64,000 nucleotides of DNA from Macrostomum lignano (lineage: Eukaryota). The notes beneath the pieces are model-generated. The model saw only the letters and a program-made list of their open reading frames with translations, did not search any database and was not told the DNA's origin. This document shows positions 38,976-50,694 of this stretch, piece after piece (within the stretch, counting starts at the first letter, position 1; the number at the start of each line of letters is the position of its first letter). Location of the stretch: assembly GCA_002269645.1 (NCBI GenBank), contig NIVC01002244.1:1-64000 (forward strand), read 5' to 3'. The position numbers were made by a program, and so were the translations under genes.

Positions 38976-39449
38976 TATTTTCAATTCAATCCTATTTATT
39001 TAACATGTTTCTCATTTTCTCATCTATTATAAGGTGGAGTGAAAGCGCGCAAGCGGATATTGAGAAGACTGAGAGAGTCCAGCTATCATTCTACACTTCT
39101 ACTATCTGGGCACGAATGGTCAGTGAGAGGCCCTGTTTCCGCATCCCCCAGTCCCCGCTGATCCATTCCTGCCTGTTCGATCGATCCCGAACTCGATACT
39201 GACAAAGCCGACAGCGCATGAAAATCCGGCAGCTCGGGGGATTCAGAGATGTGTGGGTTGCCCAATCACTTCTGCTGGGACTCAAGATCTGTGCGAGGGA
39301 TTTGCCGGACTAATGAGGGAAACAGACAGACAGACGCTAAGATCACAAGATACCGCAACACTGAGACACCCCGACGCCAAGACACAAAGACAGACGATTG
39401 TCACAGGACTTTATTTCTGATACTAGAAAACCTAAATACACTGGCATGC

Positions 39450-39490
<41 letters not shown>

Positions 39491-39521
39491 GGCAGGCAGA
39501 CAGACAGACAGACAGACAGGC

Positions 39522-39597
<76 letters not shown>
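39450..39597. repeat. (CAGA)n microsatellite
   Basis: Direct reading of the sequence. Confidence 0.95.
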
Positions 39598-40269
39598 TGT
39601 CAAACTCCAGCCGGCCAGAGGCATCTCTCTGTCAATCAGGGCCAAATCCAATCAGCTCAAATCCCATCTGGTGCAGCGGCGGTCAGCGGAAAAATTTGAG
39701 ACCCCGGCGCCGCGCCGTGAGCAAAAGAATGGCGGCCGAGAAGGGGGGAATCGGAGAAATCCTCATCAGCACGAGCTCAAAGTTTGTATAAAGTATTCAC
39801 AGGCCACTGGCTTCTGATCCCCGAGCTCTCCAGCGCCATGCTGTCTCGTCATGCGTCTCCACGCCTCACGCTGCAGTTGTGAGGGAAGCGAGCTGCCGAC
39901 TCAACACTCAGGCAGCGGGATGAGGGGCCGAGCACACAACACACACAGGAGCAGGCAGGAGGTAGGTAGGTGAGGTGCATGACTGCCTGAGGCACTTGGA
40001 GTATCTTGTGTGTGCGGGAGTGAGTGAGAGTAGAGACACAAGGGATTGGGGAAGCTGAAGGGGGCGGGGCGGATGGGGAGGGAGAAGGGGAAGATATGCT
40101 TGAATCTGAGCAGAGAGATCGGCGAGTATACGAGTGATGAAGGGGCCAGAGGCTGGACAGTGAGGTTGCGTTGGGACGGGCGAGGGAGCTGTTGGGGCCG
40201 ATGAGAAGATTGGGTCGCTGCTGGCCAAGCAACTGGAGGCAAAGCTGGCTGACTTCTGCACACTGTCTG

Positions 40270-40770
<501 letters not shown>

Positions 40771-41477
40771 ATCTATCTTTGAAGCAGGTTTTCAAATTTC
40801 TGTCAGGCCCCACAAATTGTCCCAGTTTTCGCCATCGGAATTTCTCAAGGCCACAAGAGCTGGAAATATTCCTGATTTCTATGCAGTATTTATGAATCCT
40901 ACGGACTCGTGTCTGCACATCGGCCCTCTAAGTTTAAAAACATGTAATTTGAAGTGGACTTCGATACTCACACAGCGGCTGAGACGGACAGACAGACCAA
41001 GTTGAGGTCGAAGATAAGAGAAAATGCCTGGAGAGCCTGACTGGCATCCGTTCTTGATCCGTCTTATCTACACCGATATGTATCGAAATCAATAGCCTGT
41101 CTCGAGTAGTTCGATTGACTTCAAATACAACACAGTAGTTCTCTTTGCAGAACTAACATTTGTACTTTTTACAAACACTGATAAACAGGAGGCAGAGCAG
41201 CCACGAGCGCCAGCGCCCCAGCTGCAGACAGTGCACATGCCTGACGATTAGAACGTCGGGGACGCTGTACACCCTGAGTGAGCGTGTGTCTGAGTGTGTG
41301 CCTGCTTGCACGTGTTCAGCAGTCAGCGGAATGAGCGGAATGCGCTGGTTGTAGCGCCGAAGGCATTTTGCCAGGGTGCTCACAGCTGTCATACTGTACA
41401 TAACCGGCCTGATAGCTGGTGTCCTGACGATTCATTCTCAACGGCATTGAGAGCCCAAAAAATCTAATTATATCAAC

Positions 41478-42165
41478 TGGGCCTAAGCGCATGGAATTTA
41501 ATAAAAGATAGGCTTTGGCAATGTAACGGAGCTTTTGTCTATGGTAGCAAGGCTGGCACAGCGGCTTTAATGGGGTCCAAACGGCAAACTCTTGCCCCAT
41601 CGCAACCGTCTACAGGTTGTTCCGTACCGCTGGAATGTCAGCCTCTCTACCAACAATTTTCAGTCGCTTTTCCAGAGCTCTGGCTGCTCATAGTCGAAAT
41701 CTGATAACCAACTGGAACTGTTCCTTCAGCTTCTGCTGCACTTCTGCAACGTCAACGAATTCAGGGTTCGTCTCAACTGCATCGAGTAGCAGTTGGACCT
41801 GAGGCCTTGGCGATTGCGCCATCCTTTCGCAGGCGATCTCTGCCGGCAGAGTTTCAACGCGATGATGAATGTTGTAAAGCATCTTTACTTTTGCATTCCG
41901 CAACCTTGCAATGTCCTTTGGGTGTTCACTTCTGTCGAGTGCTTCCATCACAAGCCAATGGCCTTCATTCGACAGCTTAGCGTATGGTCCAAAATCCATG
42001 GGGCTGATCTTGCTCCACCAACAGCAGTTGCAAATGAAGCTACGTACCAAATTGAATGCTTGTTGGACCAAATTAAATGCCGCTGTGCCAGCCTTGCTAC
42101 CATAGACAAAAGCTGCGTTACATTGGCAAACATATCTTGGATTAAATTCAATGTGCGCAAGCCCA
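41478..42165. mobile_element. ~103 bp imperfect inverted repeats enclosing ~480 bp of coding-like sequence
   Basis: 41478-41580 is about 85% identical (aligned by eye) to the reverse complement of 42063-42165, with a perfect 36 bp core. No target-site duplication is evident. Confidence 0.45.
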
Positions 42166-42299
42166 AATGGACTGCAAAAAGCTATATTAAAGTCATAAAA
42201 ATGTTTAGCGTTCAATAAAACCATTTTCCACTCTAAAAGTCTGGGCGCCAAATCTGAAGCAGAATTTTTTTGGGAGAAAATCTCTAAAGAAGGGGACAA
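41688..42299 (-). pseudogene. Unassigned 203 aa ORF; possible degraded or captured gene fragment
   Basis: Non-repetitive open frame with helical character (EHPKDIARLRNAKVKMLYN). Protein-like reading resumes after the stop (AARALEKRLKI...AVRNNL). No family was recognised. Confidence 0.3.
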
Positions 42300-43474
42300 T
42301 TTGAGGGGGCCGCAGACAGGAAGCGAACTTCATGAGGACCCCTGGCAACTCCGGGGCGTAAACTCTCTCTCTCTCCCTAAAGCATGAGAGAGAGAGAGAG
42401 GCGAATTCGGGAGGGGGGGGCGCGATAAAACATTGGCGCTCCGCAAACCGATAAAAAAGTTGGAAAGTACATCGAATTCGGCAAGCGAACAGGCCTGGAA
42501 GACAGATAGGAGGTGGATTTTCCTCAACAGAGCCTCAGAGCCCGCGGTGCAGATCCTATACTAATCCAGAAATACGCTCGTATTCGGCCCGTATGTACTT
42601 TTCTGGGCTAAGCAATATCTCCCTCGGAGGTTAATGGGAATGCTTGTGGCCTCTAATTGCATTGTCGACTATTTTTGTCGCCTCATCATTATTGCTCAGG
42701 AGATCAGCATCCCGCTTATTTAGCAATTATCGATTAAAATCTCTAACCCTGTCTTCTCTACCCTGCCATCTTTACCCTCACCTTACTTTTCTTATTTCCG
42801 TATCACTGTATTGACCCAGTGTTTAGAATTTGATGAATGACTCTACCCCCTCTACTGTACTCTCTCCACCCTCCAATCTACTCTCTCTACTCTACCCTGT
42901 CTACTCTCCACTCTAATCTCTACTCTACACTCTGTACTCTACCCTCTCATGCTCTTCTACACTGTCAAACGCTGCAAGCAATATGCAAGAGAAGCTCACC
43001 TCAGTCAGTCATCCAAGAGTCGGATGTATAGACAGTTAATGAAAAAAATCTATTAAGCGATAAGTAACTGATCTGTGTAAAAAAACTGGTTGAATGTTCG
43101 ATACGCCAATAGAAAAACTTTGTAAAGCTTTTTTCCCCTAATCTTTTTCTGTGGCCTATTTAGCTAGAAAAGTCTCGACCACGGAAGGGAGGCAAAAGAG
43201 AGAAGGAAATCCCATACCCCAGGCCCAGACTCCAAAGCTGCATTGATATGCAGGGCATTGCCCTGATTGGCCCAGGGCCAATGGGCGGTGCAGTGTGCAA
43301 ACGCATGCAGGGGCACAGATATCTGTATTTAGCACTATAAACTGCAATTGGCCGAGCAGAGACCCAGCTGCAAGTCCTGATTGGATTTGAGAACGCAATT
43401 TTGCTTGCAATTGGCTTTGCAAAGAGGTACTTTTGGTATATAGTTAGTTAGCCTGCGGTTGGAGTCCGCAGCAT

Positions 43475-44000
43475 TGGACCCACTTGAAGTAGCTTTGCCG
43501 CTACTTGAAGTAGCTTTAGCGCTACTTGAAGTAGCTTTGCCGCTACTTGAAGTAGCTTTGGCGCCCCTGGTGCTGGCGCCCCTGGTGCTGGCGCCCCTGG
43601 TGCTGGCGCCCCTGGTGCTGGCGCCCCTGGTGCTGGCGCCCCTGGTGCTGGCGCCCCTGGTGCTGGCGCCCCTGGTGCTGGCGCCCCTGGTGCTGGCGCC
43701 CCTGGTGCTGGCGCCCCTGGTGCTGGCGCCCCTGGTGCTGGCGCCCCTGGTGCTGGCGCCCCTGGTGCTGGCGCCCCTGGTGCTGGCGCCCCTGGTGCTG
43801 GCGCCCCTGGTGCTGGCGCCCCTGGTGCTGGCGCCCCTGGTGCTGGCGCCCCTGGTGCTAAAGCCCTTGGTGCTAAAGCCCCTGGTGCTAAAGCCCCTGG
43901 TGCTAAAGCACCTGGTGCTAAAGCACCTGGTGCTAAAGCACCTGGTGCTAAAGCCCCTGCTGCTAAAGTCCCTGGTGCCAAAGCCCCTGGTGCTTAAGTC
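43475..44000. repeat. 21 bp palindrome-containing repeat followed by a 15 bp GC-rich minisatellite (GGCGCCCCTGGTGCT)
   Basis: Direct reading; two detached copies of the 15-mer occur at about 44905-44940. Confidence 0.93.
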
Positions 44001-44547
44001 CCTGAGGCTACAGTTCCTGGTGCCAAAACCCCTTGGTGTCGCGCGCCTGTTTTTGAAGTCCCTGTGCTGGTCTGCTGGAGCCAACTATTATAAGAAATTT
44101 TCGCATTTTTTAACGATAATAAGAGCAAATATTGCACCTTTGAGTATATACTTAACACGCTACTGCCATCGACAGCAGGCTTTCTGCAGTTTATTTAGAG
44201 TGAACTACCAAGCTAAATGGTTGAATATTCAATCTTCATTCAATGAAATTATTTTCCGGTTTTAATTTAATTGAATATTGTCAGGGAAACTCGCATCAAG
44301 GATAGAATGGCTATCGAAATTTAGAATATTAGAAACAGGACATATAGAAATCCGATATGTATCGATAGAATGATTAGTAAGGCATATACTTATATTAGTT
44401 TCGTGCAATTTTTAGACCATGCCAACTGAACAAAACTCCGTAACTATAAAAATTTAGTGAAGTGAAAATTATAATAATTTGGGATTCACGCAGAAGAAAG
44501 GATTATGTCAAATTAAAATTAGTATTCCTGGACAGCAAAAAAACTAA

Positions 44548-44629
44548 CGTCGCAAGCAGGATTCGAACCTGCGCGGGGAAACCCCATTGGATTTCTAGTC
44601 CAACGCCTTAACCACTCGGCCATCGCGAC
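44548..44629 (-). tRNA. tRNA-Ser (anticodon AGA)
   Basis: 82 nt sequence GTCGCGATGGCCGAGTGGTTAAGGCGTTGGACTAGAAATCCAATGGGGTTTCCCCGCGCAGGTTCGAATCCTGCTTGCGACG. It has a paired acceptor stem with one G:U, A and B boxes, a long variable arm and a downstream oligo-T terminator. Confidence 0.97.
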
Positions 44630-45424
44630 ATGTCCTACTCTAGTGTCTAAAGTGTTATTTGACAGTTTTCCGTCTGTTCTGGCGATAAAGCAATGTTTGG
44701 TAATGTCAATACAGTAGGTTTACTATATATATATATATATATATAAAACTAAAATCTTTCTACCCACCCAGCAGGCTGCCATCAAATGCAAGCAATGGCT
44801 GCCCCTACAGAACAGCAGAGAGTGCCAACTTTGCTAGAGCCTGGATGCAGTACTTTATAGCTACGATGTCGATTTTATAGAGGTGCTGGCATCTCTATCT
44901 CCAGTGCTAAAGCCCCTGGTGCTAAAGCCCCTAGTGCTTGGTCGCATGCCGCATGGACGGTGCCCCCCAAACCAAGACCTGACCGCCAGACCCCCCGTCC
45001 ACTGTTTAAGTTGCAGCATTTATAATTTAGCTAAACAGCTCAGGCAAAAATTAATCTTCTAAAAGCTGCACAAAAATTTGCACAGATCCAGTCTATATTC
45101 TAAATGTACTATCGAGTAAATTGAAATATTTGCTTTGAGACAGATGCTAATTGAATTGTACTTTAATATCAAGCTACGGTACGCAGATGACTCATGCATG
45201 TGTACAAGGTACGTGCATTGGGCATGGGATGGATTAGCTGCGTGACATCCCACAGAAACCAAAATTCCTCGCGGTAGCTGACTGTACTGTAGGCCGCTGT
45301 ACACCTCTATCCCATTGCTATGCGTCCTGTCTCAAATCCCATTGGCATAAAATTGAGTCAGTGCAAGAGTAGGACCGCGGGTGTTTGGGCAAACGGAGGA
45401 GCAGGGTTTGAACGGAGGATCAAT

Positions 45425-45438
45425 GTTGCCATGGCAAC
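45425..45438. promoter_or_regulatory. RFX X-box (GTTGCCATGGCAAC)
   Basis: Perfect canonical palindrome about 225 bp upstream of a plus-strand donor CGG|GTAAGT at 45664. Confidence 0.7.
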
Positions 45439-45739
45439 CGCAATGCTTCCCGGGAGAGGCCGGGGGAGGCGGCCATGCATCGCATGCACGCGACGCTGAG
45501 GAATTAAGCATAAGGAAGCGAGGGGAGAAGGCTACCATAATTAGAGAGAAAGCGAAAGCAGACCCCATCCGTGAGCTATTGCTGTGTGTGCACCTGCATC
45601 AGCTGTAAATTTTGTTTGCAGCAATTTATTAATATTGCGATATTTCAGTCCCAAAAACTTCGGGTAAGTTTATTTTGATTAATCATTGTTGGCATGTTGG
45701 TATACTCGTACAGCACGATTGTGATAAAAAAATCTGTAT

Positions 45740-46620
45740 GCTATCTGGGGGAGGCTTGCTATCTGGGTGGATGCTTGCTATCTGGGGGAGGCTTGCTATC
45801 TGGGTGGATGCTTGCTATCTGGGGGTTGCTTGCTATCTGGGGGGTGCTTGCTATCTGGGGGGTGCTTGCTATCTGGGGGGTGCTTGCTATCTGGGGGGTG
45901 CTTGCTATCTGGGGGTGCTTGCTATCTGGGGGGTGCTTGCTATCTGGGGGGTGCTTGCTATCTGGGGGGGGGGGGTGCTTGCTATCTGGGGGGGTGCTTG
46001 CTATCTGGGGGGAGGCTTGCTATCTGGGGGATGCTTGCTATCTGGGGATGCTTGCTATCTGGGGGATGCTTGCTATCTGGGTGATGCTTGCTATCTGGGG
46101 GATGCTTGCTATCTGGGGGATGCTTGCTATCTGGGGATGCTGTTATCTGGGGGATGTTTGCGGTCTGGGGGAGGCTTGCTATCTGGGGGAGGCTTGCTAT
46201 CTGGGGGAGGCTTGCTATCTGGGGGAGGCTTGCTATCTGGGGGAGGCTTGCTATCTGGGGGAGGCTTGCTATCTGGGGGAGGCTTGCGATTGGGGATGCT
46301 TGCCATCTATGGGATACTTGCTATCTGGGGGATGCTTGCTATCTGGGGGGTGCTTGCTATCTGGGGGATGCTTGCTATCTGGGGTTGCTTGCTATCTGGG
46401 GGGTGCTTGCTATCTGGGGGGTGCTTGCTATCTGGGGGGTGCTTGCTATCTGGGGGAGGCTTGCTATCTGGGGGGAGGCTTGCTATCTGGGTGATGCTTG
46501 CTGTCTGGGGGATGCTTGCCATCTATGGGATGCTTGCTATCTGGGTGATGCTTGCTATCTGGGGATGCTGTTATCTGGGGGATGTTTGCGGTCTGGGGGA
46601 TGCTTTCAATTTCGGGGGAT
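45740..46620. repeat. ~18-19 bp G-run minisatellite (GGGGTGCTTGCTATCTGG)
   Basis: Direct reading of the sequence. Confidence 0.95.
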
Positions 46621-47658
46621 GCCTGTTATCTTTGTGAGGTCTTTATTTTGTATTGTCCTTTTGTTACTTTGATTGTAAAAGCAAGAGATTCAAAATCTAT
46701 TGAAAATCTCACAGCATCTTTGTCCATGACAAATGTACTCAAATAAGGTGATTCATAAAACTAAAGAAGGAATTGGTTCTTTAAAAATGAGCTTTTTTAA
46801 TGGATTTGCATGAATAATTTTTGCTCCTTGCTTTTTGGGCGCCCTGGAAGGGGACACTAGATTGCGAGTCTGTACTGTTACTAATAACACAGTACTCTTT
46901 GTGTGCTGAGTTACTGTGTACATTGGGGCTGCGCGGAGGTCTCAAATCTTGCGAAAATTTACTCATATTTCTGCCAATTCTACCTATACGGTTTCATTTT
47001 GTGTCTACGGTCCATATAGCACCCCTCTGGGCGTCTGTAATATAGCTTAGTCAGCGTGTCCCACAACCTGGGGTGCTCAAAAACCGCCTTCGTCATTTCT
47101 CCACCTCCCCTCCCTCTCTCTCTCCGCATACCACCTTAAGCCTACAGACGTCAGAGCGCATACAACGCGCAATTTCGGTGCAATTTTGGATTGCTATTTA
47201 CACAAAATGCTTATCCCTCATGCCTTCACCGACTGCTTTGACAATTGACATTATACCGAAGGCAGTGAACGTACGTGCAAAGGTATGAATTGAGTACGCA
47301 CAGTTCTCTCTCTCCTCTACTATAGCTCTCTTACCCTTCTCTCTGTCTCAACAATGCAGTGAATCTTGTGGCACCACCCAGTCATAAGCCTACTTACTCT
47401 GAGATCTCTCTACAATCTTTCCAACCCTCTCCGGTTTGTGAGCAGAGATTGATAGCCGCGAGGCCCCGCTGCAGTGGTGTAGGGGGAACAAAAACACTGC
47501 TTGGATCTCTTGCAGAACCAATGAGCAATGAATGGACAAGAAAATGGCCTCATATTTAGGCGTGTCTCTCCGGCTTATAATAGATTTGCTTCTTAGAACT
47601 TGAAGGAACTGCATTGCCGTTATATTCACCCTCCCCCCATAGAGACAGCGCAAAAGAC

Positions 47659-48402
47659 ATGCTGTGCCTCGACGAAAGCACCCCGGTGATTATGGCGCTG
47701 TCATTGCTGGGGGCAGTCTCTCTCATCGTTGGTGGCAGCCTGTGGGGCAACGGCGACTCGAAGGGGATCGCCTCGCAGACTGCTGCTGGCATCGGGCTCC
47801 TGTGCGCCAGCCTTCTGCTGCTGCTCCTGGCCGGCCTGGGCTGCTGGTGCAACCGCTGCTTCTGCACTCCGGAGCGAAAGTCATCGATAGCTAAGCGGTT
47901 CTACGCCCGCGGCGGCGACTCCAAGAAGCCGAGCAACGGCGACGCCGAAGCCGGCAGCGTCGACGAGGACACGGCCGACTGCGGCTCGCTCGGCTCCTCG
48001 TTTCGATCGTTTCGCAGCTTCCGTCGGGCGTCGAGTCGTCGGCTGTCGCGCAGCGCCGGTAGCCTTCGTCGGGACAGGGTTCGGCCTTCCGCCGCGCAGG
48101 CAGCCACGTCCGCGGGATCGCCCGCTGGAGCAGCGGCAGCAGCGGCAGACGCGGAGGCGATACCAGAACAGCCGGAGCCTCCATCTGGTGTTGATGCTAC
48201 CGCGGCATCGCAGCAGCAGCCGTCCTCACAGCAGGAGCAACTGCAACAGCAGCCAGCACTTCAGCAGACATCCATAGATGATGTCTCTGTTGGAGAAGAC
48301 TCGACGTCAGCAGCGGAGGCGGCCACTGCAGCTGACAAAACAGCGGTGGCGACGCCTGCGTCAACTGAATCGCTGCGAGACTCTGCGCCAGTCAGCTGCT
48401 GA
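47659..48402 (+). CDS. 247 aa two-transmembrane protein with a juxtamembrane Cys cluster and a long disordered tail
   Basis: ATG at 47659 follows an acceptor CCCCCATAG (47641-47642). It has two hydrophobic segments (VIMALSLLGAVSLIVGGSLW; AAGIGLLCASLLLLLLAGLG), then CWCNRCFC, basic RxxS clusters and a Q/A/S-rich tail. Confidence 0.8.
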   Translation: MLCLDESTPVIMALSLLGAVSLIVGGSLWGNGDSKGIASQTAAGIGLLCASLLLLLLAGLGCWCNRCFCTPERKSSIAKRFYARGGDSKKPSNGDAEAGSVDEDTADCGSLGSSFRSFRSFRRASSRRLSRSAGSLRRDRVRPSAAQAATSAGSPAGAAAAAADAEAIPEQPEPPSGVDATAASQQQPSSQQEQLQQQPALQQTSIDDVSVGEDSTSAAEAATAADKTAVATPASTESLRDSAPVSC

Positions 48403-49569
48403 AACCAAGGGTGACCTGCGGTGACGTAACGTGACGTAACGTCACACACACCATCCGCATTGGTTAAACCTGTGTGCAGTGTACTGTACCAGTAATAATC
48501 ACCCTATGTTTTGCAATTGTTCTACATACAGTCTCCGTCTTGTATATGCGCCTTTCTGAACTGTTTGTATAATTACTGCTGCGTGAATTTGAACCGACTG
48601 AACGTTGATAATGCATGCATGTAATTCATTTTCGAGTCTACTAAAATTTTTGGTAATTAAATCGCGAATATAGACCCATTATTTGTGTCTTGAACTTGTC
48701 ATTTTTAACACGGAATACGAGCTATCGTGGTGTCTCGCTTCTCTCAAGCCAGCACTTATTGTCTGTCCACTTTTCTGCGCATTAATGAAGAATCAAAGAT
48801 TATATTACTATATTATAGGTTATGAATTAACAGAATGACTATAATAACGTCAATTTAAGTCTGCAGTATATTTGATTGGAGCTATGAGAGATACAACGTA
48901 CACCTGCCACTAAGCTGCCAAATGCATGTTCGAGTACTTATTGACACCCGTGTGATGTAAAATATCCATCATGTTGCCTAAGTGTAAGGACTACTCAACA
49001 ACTGTTGTTAAGTTGTCCTTGGTAACTTCTTTGGTTTTAATCATCATGAACTGCATGTATTTTTCAACTTTTTCTGTAAGCGATCGCGTATAGAGAATGC
49101 CAAATCCCAGTGCCGATTTTATTGTATACTGCACACAATGCGCTTATGCTCACAGGGCAATGTGTGCCAGCTTCAATTCTGTCTTCTGGTCAGAGTTTTC
49201 TATAATTTTAACTCTCATTAGTCACCTATTACAGTGTATGCAGGTGTACTTGGCTATCTGAAGCGTTTTTATCTTGCTGATTTGCCAACTGTACCATGGT
49301 TTATTTGTAAAGGTTAGATTAAAACTTTACTCACGCCTACTAATTGCACAGCCATTTCTATTTACGCTTGAAATGCGCGCTTACGAGCTAAAACGTCTTT
49401 AACCGACGTGACGTAATTTGATTAAAAAGTCCATGTTTGTTTAGCTGTAGTTCTTTCTAATACGAGCGTATGAGCGTAAACCTTGCATATTGTGAGACTC
49501 TTAAACCTCGCTGAACCACTTCTCACGCGAGAGCATGTGAAAAACCTGACCAAAACTGACGCACCTGAC

Positions 49570-49940
49570 AACCAACAACTAATGATACACCTGACAACTG
49601 ACACACCTCACAACAACTGGCACACCTCACAACAACTGCCACAGCTCACAACAACTGCCACAGCTCACAACAACTGACACACCTCACAACAACTGCCACA
49701 GCTCACAACAACTGACACACCTCACAACAACTGACACACCTCACAACAACTGACACACCTCACAACAACTGACACACCTCACAACAACTAACACACCTCA
49801 CAACAACTGACACACCTCACAACAACTGGCAAACCTCACAACAACTAATACACTTCACAACAACTGACACACCTGACAACAACTGACACACCTGACAACA
49901 ACTGACACACCTCACAAATGACACCTCAAAACAATTTCAA
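49570..49940. repeat. 19 bp minisatellite (CACCTCACAACAACTGACA)
   Basis: Direct reading of the sequence. Confidence 0.92.
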
Positions 49941-50315
49941 CACCTAACAACAACTGAAGGAACCAACAATAATCAATGAAAACCCCACAGAATAATCAAA
50001 CGTGATTTTCTAAAAAAGTACCATAAGCGCTCGTCGACACACCACCAGATAAGATGTTAGTTGAGCCATAAAAGTACTCGACCTGACATACCAGCTGGAA
50101 AAATTGGCCACATAATGGTGCGCGGCGATGCCAGAATCTCCTAAAAAATACCTGAAATTCTGGACGGCTACCCAGAAAGCACTCGAAAGCAGCAGACATA
50201 ATTGACACTCTGATGTCGTCGCAAGAGTTTCTGTATTTGAACACAAATTCCAATTAATTCACTCCCAAACAAAAGTAAACTTTTGTTATAAAGTGTTTAG
50301 AAGCGAGGTGAACTC

Positions 50316-50613
50316 TCAGGTCACGATGGAAGGATGGGGCCGATGGCCGCACGGGTGCCGGCGCTTCACGAAATTATTGACGTAGGCGGGCTCGCCTCTG
50401 GGATCGTGAGCGGCACCTGACGAGTCCTCTGGCGCAGTCCAGAACGGCATCCGGGCCGTCTCGTTGCGCTCCGACTCGCGCGTCATCCAGCGGGCCAGGG
50501 GGGCGTCGAAGCACTCGGATAGTTGGGGTTCCAGGTTGCCGCTGGGCAGTAGGATTACATCATCCTGGTGCCCCGTCAGGTGGATGATGGGCTTCAGCAG
50601 GTATCGGGTTACC
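50316..50613 (-). CDS. CRAL-TRIO/Sec14-type protein, exon 4 (last)
   Basis: Acceptor CCTGCAG at 50614-50615 (phase 2). It encodes VTRYLLKPII...FWTAPE...HDPRGEPAYV...HRPHPSIVT*. Confidence 0.8.
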
Positions 50614-50694
50614 CTGCAGGGTTGGTAAATATGGTTTGAAGAGTAGAGCTTTAATTGCTGGCTCAATAACTGCATAAGAGTCAATGCCCCTGTG

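Noticed and set aside
39096-39170. Possible upstream MPDZ first exon (MDQRGLG...PDSRS|GTAGAA)
   Set aside because: Weak donor, no usable acceptor and no homology; insufficient support.
43335-44265. STRGA, APGAP and VLAPL repeat ORFs
   Set aside because: A 15 bp minisatellite open on both strands, with no splice or start context favouring any frame; not fully excluded without RNA data.
45675-46672. Gly/Cys/Leu-rich ORFs up to 320 aa
   Set aside because: Derived from the 18-19 bp array inside a predicted 5-prime UTR intron.
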